Source of the DNA: Vampirovibrionaceae bacterium NZW_1234
Lineage (GTDB): Bacteria; Cyanobacteriota; Vampirovibrionia; Vampirovibrionales; JAGQHJ01
Assembly (NCBI GenBank): GCA_041697335.1
Contig: JBGUGD010000039.1
Coordinates: 199,410-263,409 of the forward strand
Length of the DNA: 64,000 nt
Direction of reading: 5' to 3'
Shown here: positions 48,043-58,920 of the stretch, piece after piece
How positions within the stretch are numbered: position 1 is the first letter of the stretch
Layout: each line of letters opens with the position of its first letter
Position numbers and translations under genes: made by a program
The notes under the pieces: model-generated
Told to the model about the DNA's origin: nothing
What the model saw: only the letters and a program-made list of their open reading frames with translations
The model's database searches: none

Positions 48043-49104
48043 GTGGGTTTCTTCAACTTTACCCGCAAAAGCGGCAATGATATCGGCGTTGACTTGGGCA
48101 CCGTCAATACCTTAATTTGCACCACGCAAAAAGGCATCGTCCTGAACGAACCTTCCGTGGTGGCCATTGATCAGAGCAACACACCAGCCAAAGTAATTGA
48201 AGTGGGTCAAATTGCCAAGGAAATGATTGGCCGAACCCCGGAGCACATTAAAGCTATCCGCCCATTACGAGAAGGGGTCATTGCCGAATTCGAGTGGGCC
48301 GAAGTCATGCTCAAGCGCTTTATTATGAAAGCCATGGAACAGCGTTTGCTCGGCTTGCCGCCACGCATTGTCATCGGGATCCCGAGCGGGGTAACCCAAG
48401 TAGAGCGTCGTGCCGTGGGTGATGCCGCCTACAGCACAGGGGCCCGCATGGTTTACCTGGTCGATGAGCCCATGGCTGCCGCCATCGGTGCTGGCATGCC
48501 GGTAGACAAACCGGTTGGCTCTATGGTGATTGACATTGGCGGCGGCACCACCGAAATTGCCGTCTTAAGCTTAAATGGTATTGTTGTCACCAAGAGCATC
48601 CGCATTGCCGGAGACAACTTGAATGAAGACATCAAGCGCTACTTAAAAGACCATTACAACCTGGCCATTGGCGATCGCACGGCTGAAGAAATTAAAATCC
48701 GCCTGGGTTCTGCCGTGAACACCGAAGAAGGCGATGACGAACTGGAAATCCGCGGGATCAACATGCAGACCGGCCTGCCCCAGACCCAGCGTCTGACCAG
48801 CCCGGAAATTCGCAACTGCATGCAGGAAACCTTGTTGACCATTGTTCAGGGCGTCAAAACCGTCCTTGAGCAAACCCCGCCGGACTTGGCTTCGGACATC
48901 GTGGATCGGGGCATTACCCTGACTGGTGGCGGTGCCCTGTTGGCCGGCATTGATGAACTGATTTCCCGTGAAGTGGATGTCCCCGTCCACATTGCCGTTG
49001 ACCCCTTAAGCTGCGTGGTCAAAGGGACGGAAAAGATATTAACGGACAAAGCCTACGCCAAGATCCTTGAGTACACCCAGTTCGATCCTCACGTCGTCCT
49101 CTAG
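48043..49104 (+). CDS. mreB: Rod shape-determining protein MreB
   Basis: GVDLGTVNT, NEPSVVA, EPMAAAIGAG, DIGGGTTE, LTGGGALL. Confidence 0.97.
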   Translation: MGFFNFTRKSGNDIGVDLGTVNTLICTTQKGIVLNEPSVVAIDQSNTPAKVIEVGQIAKEMIGRTPEHIKAIRPLREGVIAEFEWAEVMLKRFIMKAMEQRLLGLPPRIVIGIPSGVTQVERRAVGDAAYSTGARMVYLVDEPMAAAIGAGMPVDKPVGSMVIDIGGGTTEIAVLSLNGIVVTKSIRIAGDNLNEDIKRYLKDHYNLAIGDRTAEEIKIRLGSAVNTEEGDDELEIRGINMQTGLPQTQRLTSPEIRNCMQETLLTIVQGVKTVLEQTPPDLASDIVDRGITLTGGGALLAGIDELISREVDVPVHIAVDPLSCVVKGTEKILTDKAYAKILEYTQFDPHVVL

Positions 49105-49594
49105 TCAACTGGGCGTTGTCCTGGTTGAGCCCCGCATTCCCCAGAATGTGGGTAACATTGGGCGTCTGTGCGCCTGTACCGGGAGTCGCCTGATTTTGGT
49201 GGGTGACCTGGGCTTTACCTTTGACGAAAAGCACCTCAAGCGATCCGGGATGGATTACCTGGAGCATGTAACACCCGAGTTTTTTCGGGACTTTCCGGAT
49301 GTCTTGGAAGCCAATCCAGGCTGGTCGTTTTCTATGTACAGCAGCAAGGTGCCCAACATATACACCCAAGCCCCTTTTCAGCGAAACCATTTTCTGGTTT
49401 TCGGCAGCGAAACCCATGGGCTGCCGGAAGCGGCCTTGCGCAAGTACCCCGAGTTCAGCTTTCGGATTCCCATGTTGGCGGAACGACGCAGCCTGAATCT
49501 GTCCACATCGGTGGGCATCGTTTTGTACGAAGCGCTACGTCAACTGGAAAGCTGGCCTTGTGGGCCCTTGGATGCCTCCATAGCTGTTCCCTAG
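49067..49594 (+). CDS. trmL: tRNA (cytidine/uridine-34-2'-O)-methyltransferase
   Basis: EPRIPQNVGNIGRLC, RSGMDY, FGSETHGLP, RSLNLS; TTG start overlaps mreB, so exact start uncertain. Confidence 0.92.
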   Translation: MSTPSSILTSSSSQLGVVLVEPRIPQNVGNIGRLCACTGSRLILVGDLGFTFDEKHLKRSGMDYLEHVTPEFFRDFPDVLEANPGWSFSMYSSKVPNIYTQAPFQRNHFLVFGSETHGLPEAALRKYPEFSFRIPMLAERRSLNLSTSVGIVLYEALRQLESWPCGPLDASIAVP

Positions 49595-49604
49595 GTTTGA
49601 TTGC

Positions 49605-50351
49605 CTATTCGCTGAAGCGATCGTAAACCTTGGTGACCTTTCCAATGTAATACCGGGCACCGTCATCAATACCGCGCTGATCAATGGTACCTTGCCCCTG
49701 GTAATAGGCGGCCAAGGCATGGGGCACACTGCCGTCATACCGATCCAACAAGTAACGCAGGTACTTGGCAACGCCCATTAGATTCTGAGACGGATCATAG
49801 GGATCGCTAACCCCCAACCACCGGGCTGTCGCAGGCTTGAGTTGCCCCAGACCAATTGCTCCGGAGGAGGAAATGGCGGTAGGCCGAAACGACGATTCGA
49901 CCGCCACAAGACTGGCCACCAGCTTGGGATCCAAGTTATAGGATCGGCTCCAGGAATCGATGCCCGAGCTGATCTGAGAAATCAATTCGGGTGACAAGGA
50001 CTTGTTATAGCGAGACACGGCCGAAGCCAGGCTTGAATTGGACTCCAGGCCAATGGGCGGTACGGTAAAACTGTGAGCCGCCAAAAACGCATTTCCGGCC
50101 GGCGGTTCATTAATCTGGATGCCCCCATAAAGTTTCGGGACCGGCGGTGGACCGTTATCCACTTTTTGTGTGCCTTCTATCAATTCAATGGCCTGATCCA
50201 CTTTTTGAACCGACTGTTTTACCAGGGTTGGATTCTGGTCGCCTTCGATTAAAATCGTCGCATGGGCGGCAGACATCCAACTCAGTCCCAACAACACACC
50301 GGCAATGGACAGGGACATGGATTGAAATCGTCGCATACGTCGCTTCTCCAC
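49605..50351 (-). CDS. Lytic transglycosylase (SLT domain), exported
   Basis: VESSF, AISSSGAIGLGQL, ALAAYYQG. Confidence 0.88.
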   Translation of the reverse strand: MEKRRMRRFQSMSLSIAGVLLGLSWMSAAHATILIEGDQNPTLVKQSVQKVDQAIELIEGTQKVDNGPPPVPKLYGGIQINEPPAGNAFLAAHSFTVPPIGLESNSSLASAVSRYNKSLSPELISQISSGIDSWSRSYNLDPKLVASLVAVESSFRPTAISSSGAIGLGQLKPATARWLGVSDPYDPSQNLMGVAKYLRYLLDRYDGSVPHALAAYYQGQGTIDQRGIDDGARYYIGKVTKVYDRFSE

Positions 50352-51107
50352 TTAGCTCACACAAGATTGACTTAAGAGGTCCTGAACCACCACCAGGTCC
50401 TCGGGGGTATCCACACCAATAGGGGCTTTTTCAATGGGATGAACCCAAATACGCATTCCGGCTTCTAAGGCCCGAAGCTGTTCGAGTTTTTCCAGGTTTT
50501 CCAAGGGCGACACCGGTAACTGAACAAAGCGCTCCAGCGCCTGCCGCCGGAATCCATACACCCCGATATGACGAAATGCATGCTGGTAGCTTTGCGCATT
50601 GGCCCCCAATTGGCGGACAAAGGGTATGGGGGCCCGTGAGAAATACAATGCTTCTCCCTGTTGGTTCACAACCACTTTCACCACATTCGGGTCCTGAAAT
50701 TCTCCCATCGATTGGATGGGCGCCATCAGCGTCACCATATCAACATGTTCATGATGACCGCTGAAACGACGAACAGCGTCCTCTAAACAATGGGGATCCA
50801 GAAGCGGTTCATCGCCCTGTACATTAAAGATGAGGCTGGCATTGGGAAGACCCTGAGCCACTTCCCAGACCCGATCGGTGCCCGAGGCATGGTGCGATCC
50901 GGTCATCACCGCCCGGCCCCCAAAGGCGTTGACGGCAGAAAGAATCCGGTCATCATCGGTAGCCACGATGACAGCCTCAAAAGCCGATACCTGAGAAGCA
51001 CGCTCATAGACCCATTGAATCATGGGCTTGCCGTGAATCAGAGCCAATGGCTTTCCCGGAAAGCGAACAGAATCATATCGAGCTGGAATAACTGCTACTA
51101 CTGCCAG
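50352..51107 (-). CDS. kdsB: 3-deoxy-manno-octulosonate cytidylyltransferase, apparent CTG start
   Basis: VIPARYDSVRFPGKPLA, SGTDR, NVQGDEP, YFSRAPIP, LEKLEQLRALE; AAGGAG-7nt-CTG at 51107; in-frame TGA at 51120-51122. Confidence 0.93.
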   Translation of the reverse strand: MAVVAVIPARYDSVRFPGKPLALIHGKPMIQWVYERASQVSAFEAVIVATDDDRILSAVNAFGGRAVMTGSHHASGTDRVWEVAQGLPNASLIFNVQGDEPLLDPHCLEDAVRRFSGHHEHVDMVTLMAPIQSMGEFQDPNVVKVVVNQQGEALYFSRAPIPFVRQLGANAQSYQHAFRHIGVYGFRRQALERFVQLPVSPLENLEKLEQLRALEAGMRIWVHPIEKAPIGVDTPEDLVVVQDLLSQSCVS

Positions 51108-51400
51108 TGCTCCACTCCTTCACACCACGTTCGTCACGCTCACGAACCGATCCATCTTCCATTATACACCGGCTCGCTAAAACGAGCAGGCGAAGTCTGC
51201 CCCTGTCGCGCGAGCGATCACATGCCCCTGAAAGATGAGCTCAGCCGATATGGATGTCATACCCAGATTTAAAGTCTCTGAAACCCAAGGGACAAAAACC
51301 CGATTTGAGCAGACTCAAGGCGTGGCTTGAAGGCCGCCAGCAAACACAGTATGATAGGAAACGCGTTAGAACCTCCCCAATCTGTAAAGGATACCGCCCC

Positions 51401-52450
51401 TTGATTATTGTCATGCAACCCAGTGCCACTGAAGAGCAAATCCAAACTGTTGCCAACCGTCTGAAAGACCTGGGATTTCGGACGATCATTAATGAAGGCG
51501 AAGTAATGACCGTCATTGCCGCCATTGGCGATAAACGCCTGATCGAGACCGAATCCATCGAATCCATGGAGGGGGTCAAGCAGATTCTCTCCATCCGGGA
51601 ACCCTTCAAAATGGCAGGCCGGGAAGCTCACCCAAAAGACACCGTCATCCGCTTCGCCAATGGCGTAACCATTGGCGAAGACAGCGATTTCGTGGTTATG
51701 GCCGGCCCATGCAGCATTGAAAGCAACCCCAAACTCCTGTTTGACATTGCCGATGTGGTCAAAAAATCCGGTGCCCAATTCCTTCGTGGCGGCGCTTTCA
51801 AGCCCCGCACCAGCCCCTATGACTTTCAGGGCCTGGAAGAAGAGGGTCTGAAGCTTCTCGCCGAAGCCCGAGAGCGTACCGGCCTTCTGGTCATTACCGA
51901 GGTCATGGACAGCCAGGAAGTCCCCATGGTGGCCGAATACGCGGATGTTCTTCAAATCGGCACCCGCAACATGCAGAACTTCAAACTGCTCAAGGCCGTA
52001 GGCAAAACCAATAAACCCGTGATGCTCAAGCGGGGCATGGCTGCCACCGTTCGAGAGTTTCTTCTTGCGGCCGAGCACATCATGTTTCAGGGCAACGAAG
52101 AAGTCATTTTATGCGAGCGGGGTATCCGGGGCTTTGACACCACCTTTACCCGAAATGTCCTGGACTTGGCCATTGTCCCTGTCCTCAAGCGCATCAGTCA
52201 CTTGCCGGTGGTGGTCGACCCCAGCCATGCCACAGGCCATCGCTATCTGATTACCCCCATGGTCCAGGCCAGTGTCTTCTCCGGGGCTCATGGGGCCATG
52301 ATTGAAGTCCATTATGACCCGGACAAGGCCCTCTCAGACGGCGCCCAAAGCTTGAACCCCGAGCAGTACCTGGCCCTGATGGATACGTTACACAAAGTCA
52401 CCGACTTTTACAAAACCCTGCCCAAGCACGAATGTCTCATTCACGCCTAG
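51401..52450 (+). CDS. aroF: DAHP synthase (type I-beta with N-terminal regulatory domain)
   Basis: MIIVM.. N-terminus (TTG start, AAGGA upstream), [36 protein letters not shown]. Confidence 0.95.
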   Translation: MIIVMQPSATEEQIQTVANRLKDLGFRTIINEGEVMTVIAAIGDKRLIETESIESMEGVKQILSIREPFKMAGREAHPKDTVIRFANGVTIGEDSDFVVMAGPCSIESNPKLLFDIADVVKKSGAQFLRGGAFKPRTSPYDFQGLEEEGLKLLAEARERTGLLVITEVMDSQEVPMVAEYADVLQIGTRNMQNFKLLKAVGKTNKPVMLKRGMAATVREFLLAAEHIMFQGNEEVILCERGIRGFDTTFTRNVLDLAIVPVLKRISHLPVVVDPSHATGHRYLITPMVQASVFSGAHGAMIEVHYDPDKALSDGAQSLNPEQYLALMDTLHKVTDFYKTLPKHECLIHA

Positions 52451-53346
52451 ACGTTAGCACTCTGGTCCCCACAGAGCAGATCAACCCGCGCACCAGCGAA
52501 ATCGACTTGGTGTCCACCGAGGCCATGCTCACCCTCATCAACGAGGAAGATCGCCGAGTGCCGGACGCCATCGGGCGAATCATTCCCCAGATTGCCCAGG
52601 TGGTAGACCGGGTGGTTGAGGCCTTTGAGCGTGGTGGTCGGTTGTTTTACGTGGGCGCCGGAACCAGTGGCCGTTTAGGGGTCCTGGATGCCTCGGAATG
52701 TCCGCCCACCTTTGGCGTTGACAGCGACCTGGTTCAGGGCATCATTGCCGGGGGTGATACTGCCCTGAGAAACGCGGTGGAAGGGGCCGAAGACTCTGCC
52801 GAACAAGGCCGTCAAGCGGTATTGGATGCCGGGGTCAGGGATAAGGATGTCTTAATTGGCATTTCGGCCAGCGGCGGTGCGGCCTATGTGGTCACAGCAA
52901 TCGAAACCGCCAAAGCCCAAGGGGCCTTTACCGGGGCCATTACATGTCACCCCACCGGGGCTCTGGCCCAGGCGGCCGATGTGGCGATGGTGGCTGAAGT
53001 GGGGCCTGAAGTCATAGCCGGATCCACGCGTTTAAAAGCCGGAACCGCCCAAAAGCTCATTCTCAATATGATTACCACCGGGGCCATGATTGGCTGGGGG
53101 AAAACCTATCGCAATCTGATGGTGGATTTGAAACCCACCAATGTTAAACTACGACAGCGGGCTATTCGCATTGTTGCACATTTGTCGAATTGCTCTCCGG
53201 AGGAGGCTCAACAGGCGTTAGAGCACTCTCAGGGACGGGTCAAGCCCGCCGTGGTGATGCTGACCAAAAAAGTCTCTTACGAGGAGGCCATGGTCATGTT
53301 AAAACATCACCATGGAAAATTAAGAGCCGTTCTGGAAACGCCGTAG
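52432..53346 (+). CDS. murQ: N-acetylmuramic acid 6-phosphate etherase
   Basis: [38 protein letters not shown]. Confidence 0.97.
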   Translation: MSHSRLDVSTLVPTEQINPRTSEIDLVSTEAMLTLINEEDRRVPDAIGRIIPQIAQVVDRVVEAFERGGRLFYVGAGTSGRLGVLDASECPPTFGVDSDLVQGIIAGGDTALRNAVEGAEDSAEQGRQAVLDAGVRDKDVLIGISASGGAAYVVTAIETAKAQGAFTGAITCHPTGALAQAADVAMVAEVGPEVIAGSTRLKAGTAQKLILNMITTGAMIGWGKTYRNLMVDLKPTNVKLRQRAIRIVAHLSNCSPEEAQQALEHSQGRVKPAVVMLTKKVSYEEAMVMLKHHHGKLRAVLETP

Positions 53347-53383
53347 CACACCAGAACTCAGATTAAGAGGAGACTGTGGGACA

Positions 53384-54898
53384 ATGACCAGCATTTGTTA
53401 TGCCGCGCTAGAAGCCAATGCCCGAGCCTATGAGACCCATGAGGCCCTGGTTGAAGGCGACACACGATGGACCTATGGTCAGCTATTGGAACAGGTGGAT
53501 GCCGCGGCATCCGGGTTTCACGGTCTGGGCATTCAACCGGGCGAGCGCGTCGGGCTGATGCTGTTTAACCAGAAAGAATTCTTAGTGGCCTTCTATGCCT
53601 TGCGTAAACTGGGTGCCGTCGTGGTCCCCATCAACCTCAACATGCTGCCCGAGGACATTGGCTTTGTCATTATGAACTCCGGCATTCGCCGCATGGTGAT
53701 TAGCGATAGCCTGTACCCTAACCTCAAGCATGTGCCGCTGCAATTTATTATGGTGGGCGATGCCACTGATGGGCACCTGGCCTATGACAGTCTCCTGACG
53801 ACCTCGGGCACAACAGGGCCGGTCTCGGTCAATGACACCGATTTGGCCTTTCTCATGTATACCTCCGGGACAACCGGGCACCCCAAAGGGGTCATGCTCT
53901 CGGAACGGAATCTAAAAAGCAACTACGAGGGCTTTGTCCAACTGGCCCAGTTCACCCACAGCGATCGCATGCTTCTGGCCCTGCCCCTGTTTCACGCGTT
54001 TGGCCTGATTGTGGCCTATGCCGGGCTCCAGCGGGGCGCTACCTTAATTCTGATTCCCAAATTCATGCCACGAAGCATCGTTGAAGCCTTGGCCCATGAA
54101 AAGATAACCTTGCTGCCCCTGGTGCCTACCTTATTTAGCGTCATCCTGGAGCTTCTCCAAAAGCATGGCAACATCCAGTTACCGGAGTTGCGCTACTGCA
54201 TCTCGGGGGGCGCCAGCCTCCCGGCCAAATTGCTGGAGCGCATCGAAGCCGTGTTGAAGGCCCCCGTGATGGAAGGCTACGGCATGACCGAAACCTCGCC
54301 GGTTATTGCCTTTAACGATCCCTCGGTAGGCAGCATCCCCAGCAGTGTCGGCAAACCTTTAGCGAACATCCAGGTCCGGATCCAAAAAGAGGACGGATCC
54401 ATTGGGGCCGTCAGCGAAACCGGTGAAATTCAGGTCAAGGGCGACAATGTGATGCTCGGCTATTACAACCTGCCCGAGGAAACCCAGGCGATTCTGACCC
54501 AGGACGGCTGGCTCAGAACTGGAGACCAGGGCTATCTGGACCCGCAGGGTCGCCTGTTTATCAACGGCCGCATTAAAGATCTAATCATTAAAGCCGGTGA
54601 AAACATTGCACCCATAGGTATTGAAGACGTTCTGTACCACCACCCGGCCATTCGGGATGCCGCCGTTGTGGGGATCCCCGATCCCAAATTGGGCGAAGAC
54701 ATTGCCGCCTGTGTCAGCCTGAAAGAGGGCCAAAGCGTTACCGCGTCCGAGTTGCTTCGTCACTGTCGAGAGCACCTGCCCGCCGCCTATGTGCCCCGCA
54801 TGGTAGAAATTCTGCCGGAATTGCCCAAGAACCCCACCGGCAAAATTATGAAAAAACGCCTGCGAGAGCAGTTAGCAGCGGTCCCCGTGCCCTCTTGA
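53384..54898 (+). CDS. Long-chain fatty acid--CoA ligase (ANL family)
   Basis: YTSGTTGHPKG, LPLFH, EGYGMTETSP, TGD, LPKNPTGK. Confidence 0.9.
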   Translation: MTSICYAALEANARAYETHEALVEGDTRWTYGQLLEQVDAAASGFHGLGIQPGERVGLMLFNQKEFLVAFYALRKLGAVVVPINLNMLPEDIGFVIMNSGIRRMVISDSLYPNLKHVPLQFIMVGDATDGHLAYDSLLTTSGTTGPVSVNDTDLAFLMYTSGTTGHPKGVMLSERNLKSNYEGFVQLAQFTHSDRMLLALPLFHAFGLIVAYAGLQRGATLILIPKFMPRSIVEALAHEKITLLPLVPTLFSVILELLQKHGNIQLPELRYCISGGASLPAKLLERIEAVLKAPVMEGYGMTETSPVIAFNDPSVGSIPSSVGKPLANIQVRIQKEDGSIGAVSETGEIQVKGDNVMLGYYNLPEETQAILTQDGWLRTGDQGYLDPQGRLFINGRIKDLIIKAGENIAPIGIEDVLYHHPAIRDAAVVGIPDPKLGEDIAACVSLKEGQSVTASELLRHCREHLPAAYVPRMVEILPELPKNPTGKIMKKRLREQLAAVPVPS

Positions 54899-55046
54899 CT
54901 GACTTCAGCGCCGACATCTGAGCTCGTCAATCCCGCCGACTCGGCTTCCGGTCCGGCAGATTAAGTCTGCCTTTACATTCAGTAAACAACCCCTCATTTT
55001 TGCGATACGTTTTTAGCACATTGATATTGAGTGAGGAAATCTAAGT

Positions 55047-55679
55047 ATGCGTCTTGGTTTTTCAACCCCCATGCCCTTGGGCAGCCGCCCTGCATCAATG
55101 GGCTTGAGCCGCCCAATTGCGCGTCCTGGCACACGGATGGCAACCCAGCCTCGATTCGGCAACGAGTGGCTGGCCGGGGCAGGGCTCGCATCGTTAACGG
55201 CAGGGCTTTCCGCAAGCTGGTTCTACGTGGCACACCGATTGGAACAGTCAGCGTTGGCGAAGGTACAAAAAGCGTATGCCGAGGAGTTTCCACATCAATC
55301 TCCCCAAGATCAGTTAGGCTTTTTCAAGCACCTCATTACCGCCAATGCCGTCCCGACCTTTGCCAAGCCCCTTCGAACGATATGGGCCCTAAAAACGCTG
55401 CCGGACAGCCCCTTACCCATGGCCGACAAAATTCGGCTTGCCCTTGACGGGGTCCGGATCGATTTCAAATCCGTCTCCATCGAAGCCAAAGCCAGTATCC
55501 TCACACTGGCCGAGCGCGTTCAAAAGCAAGATCCCGCCTTAAGCAGCCTGATGCGTCAACTTTTCCAAGTCGCTCCGGAAGAGGAAGAGGATTTTGACGA
55601 CGACTACTGCCGCAAATCCTTTTCAAAAAGCTACCTCGATACCGAAGTCCAAATCTTAGACGCGTTAAAACGCCCTTAA
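55047..55679 (+). CDS. Hypothetical protein with disordered N-terminus ending in PRFG, then a hydrophobic helix
   Basis: GAGGA RBS; ...MATQPRFGNEWLAGAGLASLTAGLSASWFYV. Confidence 0.7.
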   Translation: MRLGFSTPMPLGSRPASMGLSRPIARPGTRMATQPRFGNEWLAGAGLASLTAGLSASWFYVAHRLEQSALAKVQKAYAEEFPHQSPQDQLGFFKHLITANAVPTFAKPLRTIWALKTLPDSPLPMADKIRLALDGVRIDFKSVSIEAKASILTLAERVQKQDPALSSLMRQLFQVAPEEEEDFDDDYCRKSFSKSYLDTEVQILDALKRP

Positions 55680-55873
55680 GCGCTTTCGCCAGGCCCATGG
55701 ACCTGGCGCTTATAGGCCATAAAGCGAGCTACAACGTCCTCAACCGGATCCCGAAGGACGAGCTTTTCACCTGTCGTAAGCGTCAGCACCGTATCCGGGG
55801 TTTGTTCCAGACTTAAAAACAGCTCGGGGTTTACAAACAGCTCCGCCCCATTCAGTCGCGTCACCAGGATCAT
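55676..55873 (-). CDS. flbD: Flagellar FlbD family protein
   Basis: [32 protein letters not shown]. Confidence 0.9.
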   Translation of the reverse strand: MILVTRLNGAELFVNPELFLSLEQTPDTVLTLTTGEKLVLRDPVEDVVARFMAYKRQVHGPGESA

Positions 55874-58557
55874 GCGCCCGATACCTCACTGAAGGAGGTC
55901 GTTGCCTGGCGTTCACGAGAGAAAATCAGCGCTTCATGCTCATGGTCCACAGCCCCATCGTCATAATCGATGACCACCACATCGCCGTCCTGAAACTCAC
56001 CCCGAATCAGGCGAGAGGCCAGCGGGTTTTCCACAAAGCGCCGAATCTCGCGCTTCAAGGGTCGAGCCCCGTACAAGGGATTGTACCCCCGGCGGATGAG
56101 AAACTCCTTGGCGGCATCGGTAATGCGAAGCGACAGATGGCGCTCTCGGAGCAGTTTTTCCAGGCCCTTGAGCTGAATCTCAATAATCTCAGACAACTGA
56201 GACGGGGTCAGCGCGTGGAAGAAGACAATGTCATCAATCCGGTTCAGGAATTCCGGCCGAAAGGCACTGCGCAACTCACCCATCACCATATCCTTCATGC
56301 CTTCCTCAGAGCCACTATCGCCCAAAGCCCCTTTGGCCTGGTGCTCCAGAATGATATGGCTGCCAATGTTACTGGTCATAATGATAATGGTGTTCTTGAA
56401 GCTGACGGTACGCCCCTTGGAGTCGGTCAAGCGACCATCATCCAACAGTTGCAGCAGGATATTAAAGACATCCGGGTGTGCCTTTTCGATTTCGTCCAAC
56501 AATAAGACGCTATAGGGCTTACGGCGAACCGCTTCCGTCAATTGGCCGCCTTCTTCATACCCCACATAGCCGGGAGGCGCCCCCACCAGACGAGACACCG
56601 CATGACGCTCCATGTACTCGGACATGTCAATGCGCACCATGGCGTTCTCATCGTTAAACAGGTAGTCGGCCAAGGCCTTGGCCAGTTCGGTTTTCCCAAC
56701 CCCGGTGGGCCCCAGGAAGATAAAGCTGCCAATGGGGCGATTTTCTTCTTTCAAGCCCGCCCGAGCCCGACGCACGGCTTCAGAAATGGCGGATACCGCT
56801 TCATCCTGGCCGATAATCCGCTGATGCAGATGTTCTTCGAGCTTTAAGAGCTTCATGGCTTCGCTTTCCACCAGCTTGGTCACCGGGACCCCGGTCCAGC
56901 GGCTCACCACTTCGGCAATGTCGCCTTCATCAATGACTTCCTTCACCAACGGCGGCTGATTCCCGTTGCCGTCTGCGCCTTGCTTCAGCCGGTCTTCCAG
57001 AGCCTGCATGTCGCGTTCAAGCTCGCGAAGGCGGCCGTATTTCAGCTCGGCCGCCCGCTGGAGATCCATGTCCCGCTCGGCGGTGTCGATCTGAATTTTG
57101 GTTTGCTCAATGGCCTCTTTTAAGGACAGCACATCCTGAATCTTGGCTTTTTCCGATTCCCACTGCTGGGTCAGGCGGTCTCGCTCAGCTTTCAGGCTCT
57201 GGATTTCCGTTTCCAGCTTCACCAGCCGGGCCAGTGAATCGGGATCGGTCTCCTTTTTGAGGGCCTGGTATTCAATTTCCGCCTGCATCAGCTCCCGGCT
57301 GACCTCATCCAGCTCGTGGGGCATGCTGTTGATTTCCATCCGCACCTTGGCCGCGGCTTCATCGATCAAGTCAATGGCCTTATCCGGCAGGAAGCGATCG
57401 GTAATATAGCGATTCGACAGGGTGGCGGCGGCAATAATGGCCGAATCCTTGATACGAACGCCATGATGGACTTCGTAGCGTTCTTTCAGCCCCCGCAAAA
57501 TACTCACCGTATCCTCCACCGTGGGCTCGGTTACCAGCACCTGCTGGAACCGGCGCTCCAGAGCCGCATCTTTCTCAATATACTTGCGGTATTCGTTCAG
57601 GGTCGTGGCACCAATACAGTGGAGTTCACCCCGAGCCAGCATGGGCTTGAGCAGGTTGCTGGCATCCATGGCCCCTTCCGTGGCTCCAGCCCCCACAACG
57701 GTGTGTAATTCATCAATAAAGAGGATAATTTCCCCTTCAGCCGCCTGCACGGCTTTCAAAACCGCTTTCAAGCGTTCCTCAAATTCCCCCCGAAACTTGG
57801 CCCCGGCAATCAGGGCCCCCATATCCAGGGAAATCACCCGTCGATTCTTGAGGTTCTCCGGCACGTCGCCGTTGACAATCCGCAAGGCCAGCCCTTCGAC
57901 AATGGCCGTTTTGCCGACCCCGGGCTCACCAATCAGGACCGGGTTGTTTTTGGTCCGCCGGCTCAGGACCTGAATCACCCGCCGAATCTCTTCCTGACGC
58001 CCAATCACGGGATCCAGCTTGCCGGACTTGGCCAATTCCGTTAAATCCCGACCATACTGTTCCAGGGCCTGATAGTTGGCTTCCGCATTAGGGCTGTCCA
58101 CTTTGGCCTGGCCCCGAACCTCTTTAAGAATGCCGTACAAGGCATCTTTGGTAATGTTATGGTGTTGCAGGATTTCCCGGGCATCGCCATCCCCATCGGC
58201 CATGGCCACAAGCAGGTGTTCGACACTGATGTACTGATCCTTCAGGCGTTGGGCTTCTTCTAAGGCCCGTTCAAACAAACGGTTCAAGCGCGGGGTAATA
58301 AACACGGCTCCCGACTCCAGGGACTGCACGGAGGCCCGGGGGCGTTTGGCCAAGCGTGTTTCCAATTCGCCAATCAAGGCCCCGGGGGTCACGTCCAATT
58401 GACGCAGCATACGATTTGCCAGGCCGTTGGAATCTTCCAACATGGCCAATAGCAAAAACTCCACATCAATTTGATTCTGCTGATAGCGGCCCAGAAGCTG
58501 CTGGGTGTCCTGAAGGTATTTTTGCACCTGGTTGGTGAACTGATTGGGGTCAACCAT
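55870..58557 (-). CDS. clpB: ATP-dependent chaperone ClpB
   Basis: Two AAA+ modules ([16 protein letters not shown]), long coiled-coil M domain (AAELKYG), YGARPLKR. Confidence 0.97.
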   Translation of the reverse strand: MVDPNQFTNQVQKYLQDTQQLLGRYQQNQIDVEFLLLAMLEDSNGLANRMLRQLDVTPGALIGELETRLAKRPRASVQSLESGAVFITPRLNRLFERALEEAQRLKDQYISVEHLLVAMADGDGDAREILQHHNITKDALYGILKEVRGQAKVDSPNAEANYQALEQYGRDLTELAKSGKLDPVIGRQEEIRRVIQVLSRRTKNNPVLIGEPGVGKTAIVEGLALRIVNGDVPENLKNRRVISLDMGALIAGAKFRGEFEERLKAVLKAVQAAEGEIILFIDELHTVVGAGATEGAMDASNLLKPMLARGELHCIGATTLNEYRKYIEKDAALERRFQQVLVTEPTVEDTVSILRGLKERYEVHHGVRIKDSAIIAAATLSNRYITDRFLPDKAIDLIDEAAAKVRMEINSMPHELDEVSRELMQAEIEYQALKKETDPDSLARLVKLETEIQSLKAERDRLTQQWESEKAKIQDVLSLKEAIEQTKIQIDTAERDMDLQRAAELKYGRLRELERDMQALEDRLKQGADGNGNQPPLVKEVIDEGDIAEVVSRWTGVPVTKLVESEAMKLLKLEEHLHQRIIGQDEAVSAISEAVRRARAGLKEENRPIGSFIFLGPTGVGKTELAKALADYLFNDENAMVRIDMSEYMERHAVSRLVGAPPGYVGYEEGGQLTEAVRRKPYSVLLLDEIEKAHPDVFNILLQLLDDGRLTDSKGRTVSFKNTIIIMTSNIGSHIILEHQAKGALGDSGSEEGMKDMVMGELRSAFRPEFLNRIDDIVFFHALTPSQLSEIIEIQLKGLEKLLRERHLSLRITDAAKEFLIRRGYNPLYGARPLKREIRRFVENPLASRLIRGEFQDGDVVVIDYDDGAVDHEHEALIFSRERQATTSFSEVSGA

Positions 58558-58920
58558 ATCAGTGTCTCCTCTCTTTCGTGTTTAGGTCCTCACACGGCAT
58601 TCTAGTCCGGAATCAGGCCCATATCCGTTTCGTTCAGAATAATTTAAGGAAGTACCGCACGCAAGCTCGGATTTGATAAGCGCCCGGCTTGCTTTGCTGA
58701 AAAGACGTTTGCGAAAGGCACTTTGCTTATCCCGGCAAGAAAAACCCCTTTTTTAGCGGGAGGATTCGGAGTATAATCCAGAGGTTCTGTACGGTTTGCC
58801 GCGTTTCAACGCCCACGCCAAACGCCCTGGAAAGGGACGGTGTCGCCGGGCAAAATCTACAGTACAATAAGAAGCACGTGCAGCCACGACTAAGAGATAC
58901 CTGACTGAGATTTTTGTCCT

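Noticed and set aside
51225..51251. Sigma28 promoter at GCCGATAT upstream of aroF
   Set aside because: No TAAA/TCAA -35 box at the required spacing
51269..52078. 269-aa minus-strand ORF
   Set aside because: Antisense shadow of aroF
58560..58920. CIRCE operator upstream of clpB
   Set aside because: TTAGCGGGA...GAGTATAA does not match TTAGCACTC-N9-GAGTGCTAA
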